The notes under the pieces were generated by a model. The model saw only the letters and a list, made by a program, of their open reading frames with translations, was not told where the DNA came from and did not search any database. Positions 29,771 through 40,085 of a DNA stretch of 64,000 nucleotides are shown one piece after another (within the stretch, counting starts at the first letter, position 1; each line of letters opens with the position of its first letter). The translations under genes were made by a program, and so were the position numbers. Location: sequence record MN871451.1; one strand, 5' to 3'.

Positions 29771-31294
29771 ATGAAACCGACTGTAATTAGTGCATTCTTC
29801 TTCACCACTTCTAATTACGATGACCAATACGGTAGCTCATTCACGACTCATTTCGACAATGGCGTGAAAGACCGTCTTGTCAAAGCAACCGATCGCGGCA
29901 GAAACATCAACTCGATTTCGTTATCAGCAGCTGTTAACGATGCGATCAGCATGACTGCAAAACGCGGTTCGATTATTGATATCCCCGGGGGTTGGGGTGA
30001 GAAACGTTTGAGTTTCATTATCACGTTCCTGATCTCTGACTATGCTGGATCTACCCAACGTCAGGTACTGACCGGGTTCACCGATTATAACGGCGTCAGC
30101 ATGGTCAGCGGTGAACTGGATGACCAAATGGATCTCTTCATCAATAACTCCATCATCATCCGTGACACCGTTCTCGATACGGGCCGTGGCCGTATTCTGC
30201 GTCCACAAATTGAATCCTCTGAGTACGTTATCCGTGGTCGGGGCCGTAACGAAGGCCAACGTGGTCTTCGCCGTGACCGTGGCGAGCGTTTAATTCGTCC
30301 GCACGATATCTTCAATGACGTAGGTATCCAAGATTATCAGCGTTACCATTCTGGCGGCGATCAGATTATCGATACCCGTGCTGATCTGGTGGGCGATATC
30401 AAGATGGGTTCTCGTCGTGAAAATAATGCGGCGGATTACATCTCGACGGTATTGAAGGCGGGTGTACTGGCGGAGACAATGGAGCAGCCGAGCTGGAACC
30501 CCGACTCTGCGTTAGCAGGGGAAGAGATGTCAAAATCGGAACTGGCGGCAGGAGCAGTTAACCTGAGCAAAACAGAAGATAACCCACTCTTTGCACAGTT
30601 CCTGCAAGAATGCGACTTCTATCAAGAAGGCGTCATTCGCCTCGAAGACTTAGCGCGGATGGTAGATTGGCCAGAGACTTATCGTGGTCAGCCCGTCACG
30701 CAGTTTATCAATCCGAAACAGGTCGAAGAGCGTGGTTATAAAAGCTATGAACGTGGACGTGGGAACAACCTCGGCGGTGCAGGTGTTGATGCAGTAGCCG
30801 TTCGTATCATCTCTCAAGCCGTACCTTCTATCCTGATGACCAACCACATCTCTGATGCCATGATCGCTTTCAGTAATGATAACGATATCGGAGAAATGCA
30901 GGTTGAGGTCTGGGGTGAACGTCCGTTGATTCCGGGTTCGAACGTCTCGGGCGCGGTGAACGCGGTTCGTCAGTTGATTGAGTATCAAGTAGCGAAACCC
31001 GTTTCCCATAACGGTCAGATGATCGTTACCTGTACGATCGACTGTTCTGCAATCACGGACATTAAAATCAATCTGTCGTTAGACGGCCAACCGGAAGAAC
31101 TTTACGTTATTCCAATGTATTGCGATGGTCTTATCTCACCGCAGAAAACTGATGACTACGATCTGGCATCTAAGATCGTCACTGACTTGCAAAGTACGAT
31201 CACCGAATTGGCAGACAGTCAATTCTCCATGGAAGAAAACCGTATCGATGACGCGTTGACTGGTTTCAGTTGGGGCGGGAACGGCCGTTTTTAA
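29771..31294 (+). CDS. picA: PicA/Imp1-like nuclear import protein (phiKZ gp69 position)
   Basis: 507 aa directly after the gp68-like gene; GWGEKRLSF segment; mainly synteny-based. Confidence 0.6.
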   Translation: MKPTVISAFFFTTSNYDDQYGSSFTTHFDNGVKDRLVKATDRGRNINSISLSAAVNDAISMTAKRGSIIDIPGGWGEKRLSFIITFLISDYAGSTQRQVLTGFTDYNGVSMVSGELDDQMDLFINNSIIIRDTVLDTGRGRILRPQIESSEYVIRGRGRNEGQRGLRRDRGERLIRPHDIFNDVGIQDYQRYHSGGDQIIDTRADLVGDIKMGSRRENNAADYISTVLKAGVLAETMEQPSWNPDSALAGEEMSKSELAAGAVNLSKTEDNPLFAQFLQECDFYQEGVIRLEDLARMVDWPETYRGQPVTQFINPKQVEERGYKSYERGRGNNLGGAGVDAVAVRIISQAVPSILMTNHISDAMIAFSNDNDIGEMQVEVWGERPLIPGSNVSGAVNAVRQLIEYQVAKPVSHNGQMIVTCTIDCSAITDIKINLSLDGQPEELYVIPMYCDGLISPQKTDDYDLASKIVTDLQSTITELADSQFSMEENRIDDALTGFSWGGNGRF

Positions 31295-31322
31295 ACGATA
31301 AGATTCTCTTTGAGGAAAAGAA

Positions 31323-32576
31323 ATGAACAAGAAAAAGTTGACTACGATCTATCGCGAGATTCTTACCGCGTTAGGTTTTGAGGTGGATGAGAAGGGCGGC
31401 GTCTATTTCGAAGCATTGGGCGTCAGAGCACCTTTCACCATGAACAAACGTCAGTTGGTTATTCCGACCGACGAATGGCTGAAAAATCCGGATTGGGAAA
31501 ATACTATCCCGTTCCACCCGCTATCCGAAAACACCCAACGGAAAAAGTCCGAAGTACTGGAACGGTTGACGCTCTGTGTTTGTAACCGACTCTATCAGGT
31601 TGGGGCAACGATGATCTGTTTCCTGACCGAACTGGCCGCGGACACAGATCGCCATGCAAAACTGACGCCGGAGCAACGCGACTATCTTCGCCTCTTACCG
31701 GAAGCCGATAAACGTACGGTTGAAGATACCCGTAAACTGATGATGTCGAAGTTGACCTTTAAAGGCGATAACGCGTTTATCAACATATTCATCAAACGTG
31801 GCGGCGTATGGAAAGGCGAAGAGTATTCTCGCGTGGCGGTAACCACCTTCCCGATTGCGGACCAGGAGAATAACGAAGATAAGAAAATCTTCGATGTCAC
31901 CTTCCGCGTTCGTGACCGTGCAGCGCTGTTTAACCTGCTCCGTCACATCTTCCCTAATTTCGATAAATCGATTGACGAATATAGCTATGGTAGTCGTTCA
32001 TCGGTCGCGCCGAATTTCCATTCGCTGATGATGGCGTTTGCAAATCTGGCGTTTGATCTGAATAAGGTCACGAAAGTATTCCAGGAAGACTTTGAAGAAA
32101 TGAAAGGTCTGTTGATCGGAACGAATTGGGTTAAGAACATGGCGGAGCTGACGGAGTATCGTAATGACATTCCGCCGCTGGAAGGTAACGAAGGCGAAGC
32201 GAACGAAGACGAGCTGGCGAAGCCTAAGGCTAAAGCGGAAAACCGCGAACGTATTCGTGAAGAACGCGAACAACGTCGTGAAGTTTCCTCTGGCCGTCGG
32301 CAAGTACTTCGTTCAACAGATGAGCGTCGTGATGAACCGCGGAGTTTAATCGGCGGAAGTCGTAACGATCGTCGTTACGAAGATGATCGCCGGGGCGGTG
32401 GCTTACTGCGTCGTGTTTCTCATGACGACCGGGACGATCGTGATTACGATGAGGATCGTCGTGGTTCACGTCCTCGTTCATTACTCGACCGTTACGATGA
32501 TCGTGACTACGACCGTCGCGGAAGCGGATTCGGAGAACGAAGTGCATTTGGTTCCCGCAACCGTTTCCGTCGTTAA
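31323..32576 (+). CDS. Conserved core-block protein (phiKZ gp70 position) with R/D-rich tail
   Basis: 417 aa; FHPLSEN; last ~110 aa are R/D/E/G low complexity. Confidence 0.65.
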   Translation: MNKKKLTTIYREILTALGFEVDEKGGVYFEALGVRAPFTMNKRQLVIPTDEWLKNPDWENTIPFHPLSENTQRKKSEVLERLTLCVCNRLYQVGATMICFLTELAADTDRHAKLTPEQRDYLRLLPEADKRTVEDTRKLMMSKLTFKGDNAFINIFIKRGGVWKGEEYSRVAVTTFPIADQENNEDKKIFDVTFRVRDRAALFNLLRHIFPNFDKSIDEYSYGSRSSVAPNFHSLMMAFANLAFDLNKVTKVFQEDFEEMKGLLIGTNWVKNMAELTEYRNDIPPLEGNEGEANEDELAKPKAKAENRERIREEREQRREVSSGRRQVLRSTDERRDEPRSLIGGSRNDRRYEDDRRGGGLLRRVSHDDRDDRDYDEDRRGSRPRSLLDRYDDRDYDRRGSGFGERSAFGSRNRFRR

Positions 32577-32630
32577 GACATAAAACCGAGAGAGGGCATT
32601 TGCCCTCTCTCAATCTGTTCTTTTAAGGAG

Positions 32631-32861
32631 ATGAAAATGCGTCAATCAAAAGACGATTCGCAGATGAAACTTATCCTCGACGACGTAGAGGCACAAGTTA
32701 ATCTCTACCGGACAACGATCGATAATCACCTGCATCGTTTGGTGGTATCGGCGGCTGAGCGGGGCTATCTCAACGAAGAAATTGCTGCGTTTCTGGAAAT
32801 ACCGGTCGGTGCTGTAGACAACTTTCTTAGCTACTCACCCGATGTTTTCGAACCCAATTAA
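32631..32861 (+). CDS. Small helix-turn-helix protein
   Basis: RGYLNEEIAAFLEIPVGAV resembles a sigma region 4/LuxR-type HTH. Confidence 0.55.
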   Translation: MKMRQSKDDSQMKLILDDVEAQVNLYRTTIDNHLHRLVVSAAERGYLNEEIAAFLEIPVGAVDNFLSYSPDVFEPN

Positions 32862-32952
32862 TTCGTTATAAACGAGAAGAGGTTTTCGCCTCTTCTCTTT
32901 ATTTTTTGTTTTCTCATTTTCAACGGCTGGGTCTAATGATATAGAAAACCTT

Positions 32953-33303
32953 TTAATTCGTCGGCAGAGACGACGTATACCGCGTGTATATCTGCTCGAT
33001 TTTATTAATTGAAGGGAAGATGAGCAAATCAAACTTTTCCCCGAATTGATCGGGTGATGTCATGTTGTTAGCACGAAGATAAGGGTAAAAGTATTGTGGT
33101 TGCGTTACCTTCGCTACGTCACGGAGGAAAGCGTAGAACCTTCCTTTATACCGTGCTCGCTCCATTCCCGTGGGACGGTAAGTTTCGCCGTTACCTGGGT
33201 CTTGAAGGAACAGTAAATGATCTTCAACACAATTCAGCCAACTTTCCGTGTAATATTGAGGTTGTCCTGGGTTCCTCAATTTCGTTATTAAAGGTTCTGC
33301 CAT
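32953..33303 (-). CDS. Small protein, possibly LysM-like or virion
   Basis: 116 aa; YLRANNMTSPDQF...LLIFP resembles the C-terminal half of LysM. Confidence 0.4.
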   Translation of the reverse strand: MAEPLITKLRNPGQPQYYTESWLNCVEDHLLFLQDPGNGETYRPTGMERARYKGRFYAFLRDVAKVTQPQYFYPYLRANNMTSPDQFGEKFDLLIFPSINKIEQIYTRYTSSLPTN

Positions 33304-33332
33304 AACAAGGTTTCTCCAACTGACTTAAAGAA

Positions 33333-33348
33333 TATATCACTCTATTGA
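33333..33348 (+). promoter_or_regulatory. Putative early promoter for nvRNAP beta-C/beta'-C
   Basis: TATATCAC-TC-TATTGA. Confidence 0.7.
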
Positions 33349-33420
33349 AGGCTGTTTAGACACTGAGTCTAAATCTATTTTTAACTATCGTGAAAGAAGC
33401 ATAAAGGGGTTTAGTCTGTC

Positions 33421-35691
33421 ATGAGAGAAAAGTTACCTAATGAACATCAAATGGATGTTGATCTGATAGGGACAGCCACTCACCTCGGACCCTGGGCAGT
33501 TTGTACTTCGCCTTCTCGTTTGGTTATGCTGGCATCGCAGATACAGCAAAAACTGATCACAAAAGGGATCAATCGACCCCGCTTTTTCGTGGGTGTTGAG
33601 AAAGAGTATGCCGAATATACTTTCGGTTGTCGTGTTCAGTTCCCTGCGGAAGTGATTGCGGTAATCGACAAGTTTGAGGTGGGTCGAGGTTCCGAGAGTT
33701 TTAAAAGTAACCCGAAAAAGATTGTTATCGTACGTAACATGGAAACGCGTGAATACGACTACCTGGACTACGATACCTATTGTTCCCATCACACTAGCTT
33801 CGGCTTTGAATTCGTCCCGGTCATAGAGAATCAAAAACTCATGCGGCCTGGCGAGATTCTTCAGCGAGGAGTTCGACTCAATCGTTCTCCGGGGGTAACG
33901 CCAGACGGCGATTACATTTATTCTACCCGTACCAAAACAACCTTCCAAAGTCATCACGCTGTGACCGAAGACGGTTTTCTGGTGTCAGAAGAATGGTGTA
34001 AGGAGAATCAGACCACGGGCTTTGGCGAGGTCACGATTATTGTTCCTAAAGGTAAGTACCCGATCAATACCTACGGGAACAGTAAACGTTATCGTCCTCT
34101 TCCGTTACCAGGTGAGCAGATTCGTAAAGACGGACTCTTAATGGCGCTGCGCGAATATGACGACATGTTAGGTTGTGTCGAAATGACAGCGGAAGCCATG
34201 GAAGATTACGACTACTATTTCGATGAGAAATATTTTATCGAAGCAGGCGTTGAGAATGCGCGAGTCGTTGATATCGACCTGTGGATGTCTGATGGGGATA
34301 AACTTGATGCCATGCCGGAGTTTACCGGGAAAGAATACGGTGAAGATGATGCGATCACACGTCTGTGGAAAGCGAAATTGCGTTACATGGATGCGATCGT
34401 CAAAGTCTATCGTCAACTGCGTCGTGAAGCAGGGCAAGGAAAGGAACCCGCACTGTCGAAGAAACTCCATCGTCTTATCACTGATGCAATCGTCTTCACT
34501 TCGGCCCCAGAAGGAAAACGACGTTTCCGTTTAAAGAAACAGAGCATCCCCACGCTGTACGTGAAGATCTCTTTCATGTACGACATCACCCCCACTATCG
34601 GTTATAAGCTCTCGACTGACTATGGCATGAAAGGCGTTATCTGTGCGAAGAAACCTCGTGCTAAAATGCCGCGTTATGAAGACGGAACGACTGCTGACCT
34701 GATCGTTGACGGTTTCAGTATTGCAAACCGAATGAACCCCAGTATGTTCATCGAGCAGTATTGTAATTACATCGCCGAACAGAGGGTGGAGAAACCGATT
34801 CGTGCCATGCTGAAGGAGAGTAAGAGTAAGGAGACGTATCTCGAATGTTACGAATTACTTCGTCGTTATTATCGGGCGGCGACGCCTGTTTATCTCGATA
34901 AGATTGATCAGCAAAACTGGTCGTTTGATCGGATTAAACAACACGTTGATGCCGTGGCAGAAGATGCGATTTTCGCCTATATGCCACCGTACACACCGGG
35001 CCTGGGGGCAGAACAATGTCGGCGGTTACGTGAGGCATTTCCTGAACCGGTTGAGCATGTTACCTGGATCAATGATCTGGGCGAACGTGTTACCAGTACG
35101 AAGCCAACGATGATCGGGGAAATCAAGGTCATTGTCCTTGAGAAAACCGGCCATGACTGGGGTGCAGTGGATATCGCTAAACGACAGGTGCATGGTGTTC
35201 CTACCAAGCCTTCCGGTCGTGAGCGTTTCAACTTACCTTTCCGTAAAATCCCGTTCCGTCTCTTCGGTGAATCGGAGATTCGAAACTATGTTGGTATCGT
35301 TGGCGGGAAGTGGGCGGCTGATATGCTGGATCGTGCCAATAACCCGAAAGCGCAGGAATACCAATGGAGTAAGATTATCTCTGCGGAAAACCCTGTTGAT
35401 CTCGATTTCTGTATTGACCGTAACGAGATCCCGCTGGGTAACAGCATGGCGCTGAACTATCTGAACAATACACTCTATTGCTCAGGGGTGAAAATGGCGT
35501 ACATGAACGTGGATAACATTACCCCAGTGGAAGAAGAGAAAATCCGAGCGGCAACCCGAACCAAGCCGGGTTACAGAGACGATTTCTCCGACATTCCTGA
35601 AATAGAAATCAACTACGATGAAGACCCGGAACTGGAAGATGAGTTTGAAATTCCAGAAGAAGATAACGACGCGCTCGAAGAGGATGAATAA
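33421..35691 (+). CDS. Non-virion RNA polymerase beta C-terminal subunit (phiKZ gp71-73-like)
   Basis: SPSRLVMLASQIQQ, EDGFLVS, GYKLSTDYGMKGVI, NRMNP, RLFGESE; no intron. Confidence 0.9.
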   Translation: MREKLPNEHQMDVDLIGTATHLGPWAVCTSPSRLVMLASQIQQKLITKGINRPRFFVGVEKEYAEYTFGCRVQFPAEVIAVIDKFEVGRGSESFKSNPKKIVIVRNMETREYDYLDYDTYCSHHTSFGFEFVPVIENQKLMRPGEILQRGVRLNRSPGVTPDGDYIYSTRTKTTFQSHHAVTEDGFLVSEEWCKENQTTGFGEVTIIVPKGKYPINTYGNSKRYRPLPLPGEQIRKDGLLMALREYDDMLGCVEMTAEAMEDYDYYFDEKYFIEAGVENARVVDIDLWMSDGDKLDAMPEFTGKEYGEDDAITRLWKAKLRYMDAIVKVYRQLRREAGQGKEPALSKKLHRLITDAIVFTSAPEGKRRFRLKKQSIPTLYVKISFMYDITPTIGYKLSTDYGMKGVICAKKPRAKMPRYEDGTTADLIVDGFSIANRMNPSMFIEQYCNYIAEQRVEKPIRAMLKESKSKETYLECYELLRRYYRAATPVYLDKIDQQNWSFDRIKQHVDAVAEDAIFAYMPPYTPGLGAEQCRRLREAFPEPVEHVTWINDLGERVTSTKPTMIGEIKVIVLEKTGHDWGAVDIAKRQVHGVPTKPSGRERFNLPFRKIPFRLFGESEIRNYVGIVGGKWAADMLDRANNPKAQEYQWSKIISAENPVDLDFCIDRNEIPLGNSMALNYLNNTLYCSGVKMAYMNVDNITPVEEEKIRAATRTKPGYRDDFSDIPEIEINYDEDPELEDEFEIPEEDNDALEEDE

Positions 35692-37658
35692 TGCAAGTTG
35701 TGTGGGCAGAAGACATCGTACACTGGACCGAGGAAGAACTCTGGAAAAAGGAACACGACCACGATCGATTTCGTTTAGTCTTCAGTGATGGCGAGATCAT
35801 TACAGATTGGTCGCAGACGATTGTTAGTTGGTATTTCTGGGAGGTATTTCGAGACTACCCTGACGCACAAATCAGTATTCGTCATCATCTCTGGGATGAC
35901 TTTGATTCGCCGGGGTTGGAATTAAAAATCCTCAACCGCATGAAGGAGGTTGTTCTCGAAGCGTATCCGCATGAAGACATTGAAAACCTACAGGCTGCTA
36001 TCTATCGCGGCAATAACCGGTTACACAATGCCTTCACGACGCGCGGCGAGGCGTATATCGATACCGTTGATGTTCTGACGTTATTGGATATCTACGACCG
36101 CCCTGAGATCCAGAATGCGCTCTATAACATGGAACCGAGCCCTGGCGGGGTCAACCGTGCATACGGGGTGATTTCCCGTGTGATTGCCACTGACCCCTTC
36201 TTACAAGGGAACAGCATGGCGCTGGCCTGTCACATCGGTCAGACGAAGATGGCGCAGTTCCACCAGGTCATCGGGAAACGAGGGTGGTGTTCTGAAGTTG
36301 ATCAGAGCATCTTTCCTAACGTCGTCAATGCGGGTTTCTTCGAAGGGATACATCGGGCCAGTTTCTTCGCCATGATCTCCAGAGACGCCTCTAAAGCGCT
36401 CCAGGCGACGGACGATCCTGTTAAGCAGACGGAGTATTATAACCGTGAGCTGCAGCTCTTTACGTACGTTGTGAAGAGCATTTGGATGGGGGATTGCGGA
36501 AGTACGGAAACGATCCCGTGGACGGTGAAGAAAAACGAACTGGATAATATCTTACCCGGTAAGTTTTATCTCACTGAAACAGGACAACTCAAAGCCATTA
36601 AGGCAGGAGACGTCTTCCTGGTAGGGAAAACGATCCAGCTGCGGAATGTGGCGTGTTGTTGGCACCCCGATGACGGCGTAGTCTGTAGCACCTGTATGGG
36701 CCAGTTGGCGCGATCCGTACAACGAGGCACTAACCTGGGACATGCTGCAACCGTAACCCAGAACGAAAAGGTCTCTCAGGACGTTATCTCGACGAAACAC
36801 CTTCTGCGCTCTGCTGAGACGGAAGGTTTTGAAATCGATCCGTTCTATAAGGACTATATGGTCAATGCGTCGGATATTTCTGAGCTGATGCTGTCTGAGG
36901 CGATCTGGAATCATCATGTGGAAATCGAAATCGATATGGCGTATCTGCCACGTCTTTCCGATATTCATGCGATGACCGAGTTCAGTCAAAATGACCTCCG
37001 CCGTATTTCAGGCGTAGAAGACGTCATGATCATCGTTCACCAAGGCGATGTCAAAGGGACTATCAAGGAAGAATTGATCGCTACAAGTCATTCGTCTTAT
37101 AAACCGTTCTTAACCGCTGCCTTTATTCAGCACATGAAGGATTACGGTTTCCAGAACTTAGGGCGTAAGATTCGGGTTGATCTGAAAAACTGGGACCCTT
37201 CAGAAAGTATTCTGAAATTCCCGGAACGTCATAGCTCGACGCTCGAGATGATGATGGAGTTAAAATCCAATATCTTCATGTCGAGTAAGGAATCGAAAGA
37301 GCGGTTACGGTATGACTTAACCGACCCTGACATTCTGGCGATGGCGTTGAAAGACATTTCGGAAATGACGAACCGTAAGTTCTCGGTTAACCTGGCGATT
37401 GTGGAAATTGTCCTTTACGCCATGATGTCGCGTGATCCGAAGAATGGCGATTTCCGTTTACCGAAGAAAGGGACGGGACGTTACTTCGCTACGAAATCCG
37501 ATATCATGTCTGGACGGAGTCTCTCGGTGAAATGTGCTTACGAGAAGCAGTATCAAAACATGCTCTCTCCGGGCTCGTATGACCCGATTAAAGAGAACCA
37601 TCCCTTCGACTATCTGTTGTTGGATGTCGATAAGGAAATGCGTTTAAAACGTATCTAA
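35691..37658 (+). CDS. Non-virion RNA polymerase beta' C-terminal subunit (phiKZ gp74-like)
   Basis: DCGS, Zn site CCW...VCSTCMG, SQDVISTKH trigger-loop region; TAATG coupling. Confidence 0.9.
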   Translation: MQVVWAEDIVHWTEEELWKKEHDHDRFRLVFSDGEIITDWSQTIVSWYFWEVFRDYPDAQISIRHHLWDDFDSPGLELKILNRMKEVVLEAYPHEDIENLQAAIYRGNNRLHNAFTTRGEAYIDTVDVLTLLDIYDRPEIQNALYNMEPSPGGVNRAYGVISRVIATDPFLQGNSMALACHIGQTKMAQFHQVIGKRGWCSEVDQSIFPNVVNAGFFEGIHRASFFAMISRDASKALQATDDPVKQTEYYNRELQLFTYVVKSIWMGDCGSTETIPWTVKKNELDNILPGKFYLTETGQLKAIKAGDVFLVGKTIQLRNVACCWHPDDGVVCSTCMGQLARSVQRGTNLGHAATVTQNEKVSQDVISTKHLLRSAETEGFEIDPFYKDYMVNASDISELMLSEAIWNHHVEIEIDMAYLPRLSDIHAMTEFSQNDLRRISGVEDVMIIVHQGDVKGTIKEELIATSHSSYKPFLTAAFIQHMKDYGFQNLGRKIRVDLKNWDPSESILKFPERHSSTLEMMMELKSNIFMSSKESKERLRYDLTDPDILAMALKDISEMTNRKFSVNLAIVEIVLYAMMSRDPKNGDFRLPKKGTGRYFATKSDIMSGRSLSVKCAYEKQYQNMLSPGSYDPIKENHPFDYLLLDVDKEMRLKRI

Positions 37659-37660
37659 GG

Positions 37661-37698
37661 TGAGAGAAGGAGGGGTAATTCCCTCCTTCTTTTTTTTG
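37661..37698 (+). terminator. Intrinsic terminator
   Basis: AGAAGGAGGG-GTAATT-CCCTCCTTCT followed by a T run. Confidence 0.85.
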
Positions 37699-37724
37699 TT
37701 TTATCTACGGTATTTTTACACTAA

Positions 37725-39908
37725 GTGAGTAATTCCTATAGAGACCTATACCTAGAGAAAAGAATCTACGAGATTCGATTATCACCTGTGAGGGCTAAGA
37801 CATTGGATCTACGTATCACGCAATATAGCCACTACTTTTCCGTTTTTGCCTATACCGCCAAAGGCCGACAATTCCGTCGACAATTCACTGAGCACTTTAT
37901 TGAGAAAAACTTAGTGAAGAAACGTGGGCGATTCCGAATGGAACCTACCAAGGTTTACGCACGCCGAGACCTTGAAACGGAAGAGACGTGTTTCCACATC
38001 AACACACTGGAACGCTTTAAACAGGAAGCGGAAAAATACCAATGGAATGGCTGCACGTTTGAAATCGATGTTGTTCCGATGTACGAACCGGTGAAGTTTG
38101 AGTTTGAGATGGACTTCACACCGTGGGATAACCAGGTGCCGATTATTGAATTCGGTTCGGGTCCCGGTATCCAGAAAGCGATCACCGCAGAGCCTGGGTT
38201 CGGTAAGGCTCAGACGCTTTCTTCTAAGATCAGAGTCCCTGACGGTTGGTTAACCATGGGCGAGATGAAAGTCGGGCAACAGGTCGTGACACCTAAGAGG
38301 CGCCTCGCTTCTGTCATAGGGGTCTTCCCGCAGGGCGTGACTGACGTCTGGCGTATCCACTTTGCTGATGGGCGGTATACCGATGTTAACCCGGAACATC
38401 TCTGGTCAGTACGAGAAAACGAGGAACAACAAGATAAAGTTATCACGACCCGCGAAATAAAAGACCGGCTAGGGGAAAGTTCTTTCTCTGTGCCGCTCAT
38501 TCTCGGTCAGACTTTACCTGCCGACTTCCGAATGGTAACAGAGACCTCGCAGGACGAAATGGAGTTTACGGTTAGTTTAGGGGGCCTTGAATTGTTGGAG
38601 GCAATACAATATACCGCACGGGCTTATGGTGGCCTTGCCTACTTAGATGAGGCAAGGGACACATTACGTGTCGATTTCACCCAAGAGCGGTTAGCTATTA
38701 CTTCAATCGAAGAACGCGAGCCTGAGGCCACTCAGTGCATCATGATTGATGACCCTGAACATCTCTACATCACCGATGACTATATCGTGACCCATAACAC
38801 GGCTTGTTCATTGGCGATGGCAAAGAATAACGGAACCCGTTTTGCGGTGGTAACACTCGGCGGCTACGAGGATCGATGGATACCGGAGTTTTACGCTAAA
38901 CTCAATCTCAAGCCGGAAGAGGTTCGTTCGTGCTGCGGTTGTGTAAAGCTCTATCGTTTATTACGGGAAGCGAAGACTACCGGTATTGATAATGTTAAGG
39001 CGATTTTCATTTCCACAGCCACGTTGAGGGACTTTTACAAGAACTGGAATAACGGGAGAGTGGTTGGGACTGATTGCGAAGATATCAATCCGAGAGATCT
39101 CTGGGAGTTTCTGGGGATAGGTCTGGTTATCATTGATGAAGCGCATAAAGAAATTCATGCGAACTTTGTCTCTGATCTCTATTCGCATGTTCCGAAAAAG
39201 ATTTATTTGACCGCTACGTTATTGGCTAAGATGGATTTTCAACTTTTCATCTACGAAACCTTCTTACCGAAAAAACTGCGGCGAAATGGCGGGCAACCAA
39301 GTAGGTATATCGATCTGGTGAAAGTCCAGTATAATCTGAAGGATTGGCAGAAAGCGAAAGTCGTCGGAGGTCAAGGGTCGTACAGTCATACGACGTACGA
39401 AGCCTGGATCATGGCAGACAGGCAACGAGAGCAACGGTGGCAAGAATCGCTTTTTGACTACACCAAGGATAACTGGTTAGAGAAGAGGAAAAGGGAACAT
39501 AAGCTGTTAATCTTCTCGGCGACTATTGAGATGTGCCAGCGCCTGGCCACGTTCTTCAGGAAACGTCTCCCGGAACTGGTGATCAACTCCTTTACATCAG
39601 GAGACGATTATCAATTGTTACTGGATTCGGATATCATTTTCAGTACGATTGGTAAATCCGGTACCGCGGTGGATATCCCTAACTTGACGCAAGCCTATCT
39701 GACCGTTGCGATTGACTCACCAAACGCGAACGTTCAGGCGTTAGGGCGTTTGCGTGAACTCAAAGGGGAGAAGAAATTCCCACAGAGTTATCATTGCTTT
39801 GTTTGCATGAACATTGATAAACATCTCGACTACTGGCGGAGTAAAGAGGTACTCTTCCGGGGAAGGGTATTGAGCACACGTACCGCACACTTGAATCAGA
39901 TCATCTAA
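37725..39908 (+). CDS. SF2 (UvsW/XPB-like) helicase, phiKZ gp75-like, intein-containing
   Basis: Walker A GFGK|T split by an intein, IIDEAH, TAT, QALGRLR. Confidence 0.85.
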   Translation: MSNSYRDLYLEKRIYEIRLSPVRAKTLDLRITQYSHYFSVFAYTAKGRQFRRQFTEHFIEKNLVKKRGRFRMEPTKVYARRDLETEETCFHINTLERFKQEAEKYQWNGCTFEIDVVPMYEPVKFEFEMDFTPWDNQVPIIEFGSGPGIQKAITAEPGFGKAQTLSSKIRVPDGWLTMGEMKVGQQVVTPKRRLASVIGVFPQGVTDVWRIHFADGRYTDVNPEHLWSVRENEEQQDKVITTREIKDRLGESSFSVPLILGQTLPADFRMVTETSQDEMEFTVSLGGLELLEAIQYTARAYGGLAYLDEARDTLRVDFTQERLAITSIEEREPEATQCIMIDDPEHLYITDDYIVTHNTACSLAMAKNNGTRFAVVTLGGYEDRWIPEFYAKLNLKPEEVRSCCGCVKLYRLLREAKTTGIDNVKAIFISTATLRDFYKNWNNGRVVGTDCEDINPRDLWEFLGIGLVIIDEAHKEIHANFVSDLYSHVPKKIYLTATLLAKMDFQLFIYETFLPKKLRRNGGQPSRYIDLVKVQYNLKDWQKAKVVGGQGSYSHTTYEAWIMADRQREQRWQESLFDYTKDNWLEKRKREHKLLIFSATIEMCQRLATFFRKRLPELVINSFTSGDDYQLLLDSDIIFSTIGKSGTAVDIPNLTQAYLTVAIDSPNANVQALGRLRELKGEKKFPQSYHCFVCMNIDKHLDYWRSKEVLFRGRVLSTRTAHLNQII
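38208..38798 (+). mobile_element. Class 3 mini-intein (197 aa) in the helicase P-loop
   Basis: Starts AQTLSSKIRVPDGW; block B VNPEHLW; block F TQCI; ends VTHN followed by extein Thr; W-C-T signature; no intact LAGLIDADG motif. Confidence 0.88.
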
Positions 39909-40023
39909 GTAAAACACATCGACTGAGAGAGGTTTTGCCTCTCTCAGTCGTGCGCCTGTGTAATTATTTTGTTATCGTTAAAATAGTAAGAAGTTAATTA
40001 ACCAGTGAAGTTGGTTTAAAACA

Positions 40024-40039
40024 TATATTACCTTAATAG
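40024..40039 (+). promoter_or_regulatory. Putative early promoter
   Basis: TATATTAC-CTTAATAG. Confidence 0.55.
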
Positions 40040-40085
40040 AGCTAACAGGAAGCTCTGTAAGCGATTTCATTTTCAGGGGAATAAA

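Noticed and set aside
21932-37658. Group I introns or homing endonucleases in the RNAP genes, as in phiKZ
   Set aside because: Reading frames are continuous and of the expected size; no HNH or GIY-YIG ORFs.
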